From: Chiloscyllium plagiosum
Lineage: Eukaryota
NCBI RefSeq assembly: GCF_004010195.1
Contig: NC_057718.1
Coordinates: 62,030,981-62,094,980 of the forward strand
DNA: 64,000 bases
Direction of reading: 5' to 3'
A model generated the notes under the pieces. The model was not told the DNA's origin and did not search any database. It was given only the letters and a program-made list of their open reading frames with translations. This document shows, piece by piece, positions 61,110-64,000 of the stretch; position 1 is the first letter of the stretch, and the number at the start of each line of letters is the position of its first letter. A program made the translations under genes and the position numbers.

Positions 61110-62249
61110 CTTCAACATAAAATAAATTAGTTTAATAACATGACATTTGGATTAAATAAATAGTCTCCATTTGAGAAGCTTCCTAATTTATTTGCAAAAC
61201 ATACAATAAAGTAAATTGCACTGAAATGTATTATTGCACCATTTTTGCAAAATACCATTATCCTTGCTTTTTTGGCTCATTTCTATCTACAAACTAAAAC
61301 CTGGAAATTGATTTGAGCAAGTCTACTGTACAAGCTCTTAACAAATTTCATTCTTTACTAATTCATTGGAAACATGAGCCCATTTAAAATAAGTGGGCTA
61401 ATGCCCTTGTCAGATAACATTATGTTACAGTTATTTCCAGACTTAAAATAGGCTTGCCAAACATTGTCCCAAAGATAATGCCCTAAATGATTATCATTAC
61501 TTATATTGTTGACAGATTTATTTTTTGGTTTTAGGGTGTAACCTCTTCTTGTTCCATCTGTACATTGTTTGCGTAAAGCAATCCCACCAAATAGAATTGG
61601 TAGGAAGATTGCTGGTTCTTTAGATATCATAATTGCTAATCTAAAATGATGCACTGTATAGCTTTACTATTACCATTTTAGTAATTAGCAAAAAACACAT
61701 TTGAAAACAATACTGCAGTTATTTAATTCAGTCTGTGAACACTGACATATTTGCAGTCATGTGCAAGTACAACTGTTATCTATACCTCATTAATTGTTTG
61801 ACAAATTCATATAATTGTACATGTAATCAGAATTAAACTTTGTAACAAACAAACTCATACTTGTACACACATTCAGAATTAAATTTTGTAACACTTTACG
61901 GCTTTCCAGAAAAGGTAACAGGTTTTTGGAATGGTGGCATATATTAAAACTCAATTTATAATATGCCCCAGCCTAAGCAATTCCGCTCCAGGAACAGAGT
62001 TTTACACAATCACACATTACGTCTGTTTAAAGTTGTGTTCAATTCATTACTTTGTTTATTTTCATGTTTGGCATTTAACATGGCAAGAATTCATAAAGTT
62101 AATTAAAATGCAGCAAATTTTCTCTTCAACTTTCTGGAAATATCTTTCTGCTAACTGAACCAATCAAAACTGTAACAAAGAAAGATGTAATTCAAGTCAT
62201 TGTTGTCGCACCAGCTAAGAAAGGAAAAGAACTGGCTGACTGTTCTAAT

Positions 62250-64000
62250 CTGAGCTTCTAGCACTTAGTCCATAGCCTTATAGATTACAGCATTTCAGGT
62301 GCAGAGTCAGGTACCTTTTAAACAAGTTGAATATTTCTAATTCAATCACTAAACTGGGTAGCAAATTTCAAACACACTGTGTTAAGATTTTACTTCATGA
62401 CATTTCCTAACCCCTTGACCATTTTAAATCTGTGTTCCTTGGTAAATGACCTCTCCACGCAGTGAAACAGATCTCTCCTGTCTCCTCTAACTAGGTCCCT
62501 CACAATTTTGTACCCCTCAATTTCCTGTTCCAAGGCATTCCAATCTTTCCTTGTAGCTGCAATTTTCACACTAGCTCCCCAGCAATTAAAGGTAAAGTCA
62601 CCAGAGGACAATAAGACAATGATGAGTTTAACATGAGGATCACCACATCCCAGCAAGGGTTAAGGTTGAGAAGGCTGGACCTTCATGGTAACCTCAGCCA
62701 GTACAAGAACTGAACATGTGCTTTTGGTGACATCTGGATCATAAACCAGCTCTTCAACCATTGTGCTCTACCTCTAACACAGTGCAGAACTGTACACAGA
62801 ACTACAGCTGTGATCTAACCAGTGATTATATAATTCCATCATTTCATCCTATTTTTGTATTCTGTACTTTGTCAAGTTGACAACCGGAAGCAGCAGATTC
62901 AAACCACTATAAATGCCGGAGAAAAGATCACAGAAGCGCTTCACAGGAGGCTCCCAAGCACTGAGGATGTCACCTAGACAAGGGACGAAACGTCTGCAAC
63001 ACAAATTCCCAGCTCGGCGAACAGAACCACGACAACGAGCACCCGAGCTACAAATCTTCGCACAAACTTTGATCATCCCATTTATTGTGTATTCATTGCT
63101 TTGTTTACCCTCTCCACGCACATTTCCTCACACTTCTCCAAATTTCACTATTAATCACTTTTTCACCCATTCAACCAAACCACTGAGTGACATCATTCTG
63201 AAGTTGATAGTTATCCTCTTCAGTATCAACTTCATGACCAGTTTTTGTCAATTTTCCAATCATGCTTCTTGCATTTAACTACAAATGATTAATATATCCA
63301 ACAATCAGCACGGGTCCCAACACTGAGCTCTGTGGAAAATCAGTGGAATAACAAAAGTAGGAACTGGAGCAATTCTGCAGGTTGGCAGCATCTGTGGAGA
63401 GAAAAACAGAGTTAACAATTCGAGTTGAATAACTTCTTCAGAACAGCACTGCAAACTGCCTTCCAGTTGCAGAAACATCTATTGACTCTTCCCTGTATTT
63501 TCTGTCTCTGAGTAAATTTTCAATTCACATTCGCCTTTATCTAATGGACTTTTAATTTTCTGACCAGTCTGCTTTTTGAACCTAGTCAAATGCCTTATTA
63601 AAATCCATGTGGACAATATCCACTACATTAACCAAATCAATCATTCTTGTATTTCCTCAGAAAATTCAATTAGGTTAGTAAGAACAACACTGACTATCCC
63701 TGATACACCATGCTAAGAGTTTATCTCATATCTCAGAATTTTCTCACCACCAAAATCAAACTTGACTGGCTTATAATTATTTGGCTTATCCTCTGCATCC
63801 TTTTTAAATAGTGGTACATGTTCATAGGCCTCCAATCCTCTGGTATTTTAACAGCGCCTAGTGCCGACTGGAAATGATATTCAGAGTATCTGGTATTTCC
63901 ATTGTGGCTTCCTTTAACAGTCTGGGATACAAACCAACTGGCCCGAGTGATTCATTCACCTCAAAGGATATGAGGTCCTCTAATACGTTTCCTCACATTG
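62250..64000 (-). mobile_element. Old CR1 LINE interrupted by a SINE (62590-62770) and PLE fragments (about 62850-63070 plus, 63350-63445 minus)
   Basis: Degenerate RT and 3' motifs on the minus strand. Confidence 0.7.
62958..62997 (+). ncRNA. Hammerhead ribozyme motif of a distinct PLE family
   Basis: gca-CUGAGGA-u-GUC(a)CCU-agaca-AGG-GAC-GAAA-CG-UC-ugc. Stem I is gca/ugc. Confidence 0.75.

Noticed and set aside
61539..61640. Possible further upstream exon LAIMISKEPAIFLPILFGGIALRKQCTDGTRR
   Set aside because: Phase-compatible with 61049-61109, but the donor (GAG|gttaca) is poor. Not supportable without RNA data.

Overview
Eukaryotic, repeat-dense vertebrate DNA. It is most likely a shark or other cartilaginous fish, inferred from HE1-type V-SINEs and abundant CR1/HER1-type LINEs. 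There are four assembly gaps and no prokaryotic features. The window appears to be the 3' part of a large minus-strand host gene. I can chain 6-7 small phase-compatible exons, including a 23-nt microexon, into ...YLAADVKQGVQSLCTPVCLK-EMRQHQDR-WFEIYLVILQDDPAGIQNVDSFK-VLLLTCGKSLLVSCSQISAPFPPQYSQLQVITK-PETLENLDGVSHYCVVLTTEFWCELLNL-VLGNNCITIYHERS*, but I do not recognise the gene. Its introns hold nested CR1 LINEs, L2/CR1-clade LINEs, Rex1/Babar LINEs, SINEs, two Gypsy relics and a PIF/Harbinger relic next to a 39-bp minisatellite. They also hold a defective epsilon-like endogenous retrovirus (tRNA-His PBS, gag, RNase H, integrase, partial env with a CWVC motif). The most striking structure is a dense set of Penelope-like elements (PLEs) and non-coding derivatives. 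Many are fold-back palindromes flanked by 9-16 bp target-site duplications (TSDs). Together they carry about a dozen minimal type I hammerhead-ribozyme motifs (CUGANGA-stem II-GAAA-NN-UH) with covarying stem II sequences. All family assignments come from motif recognition by eye; no database searches were run.
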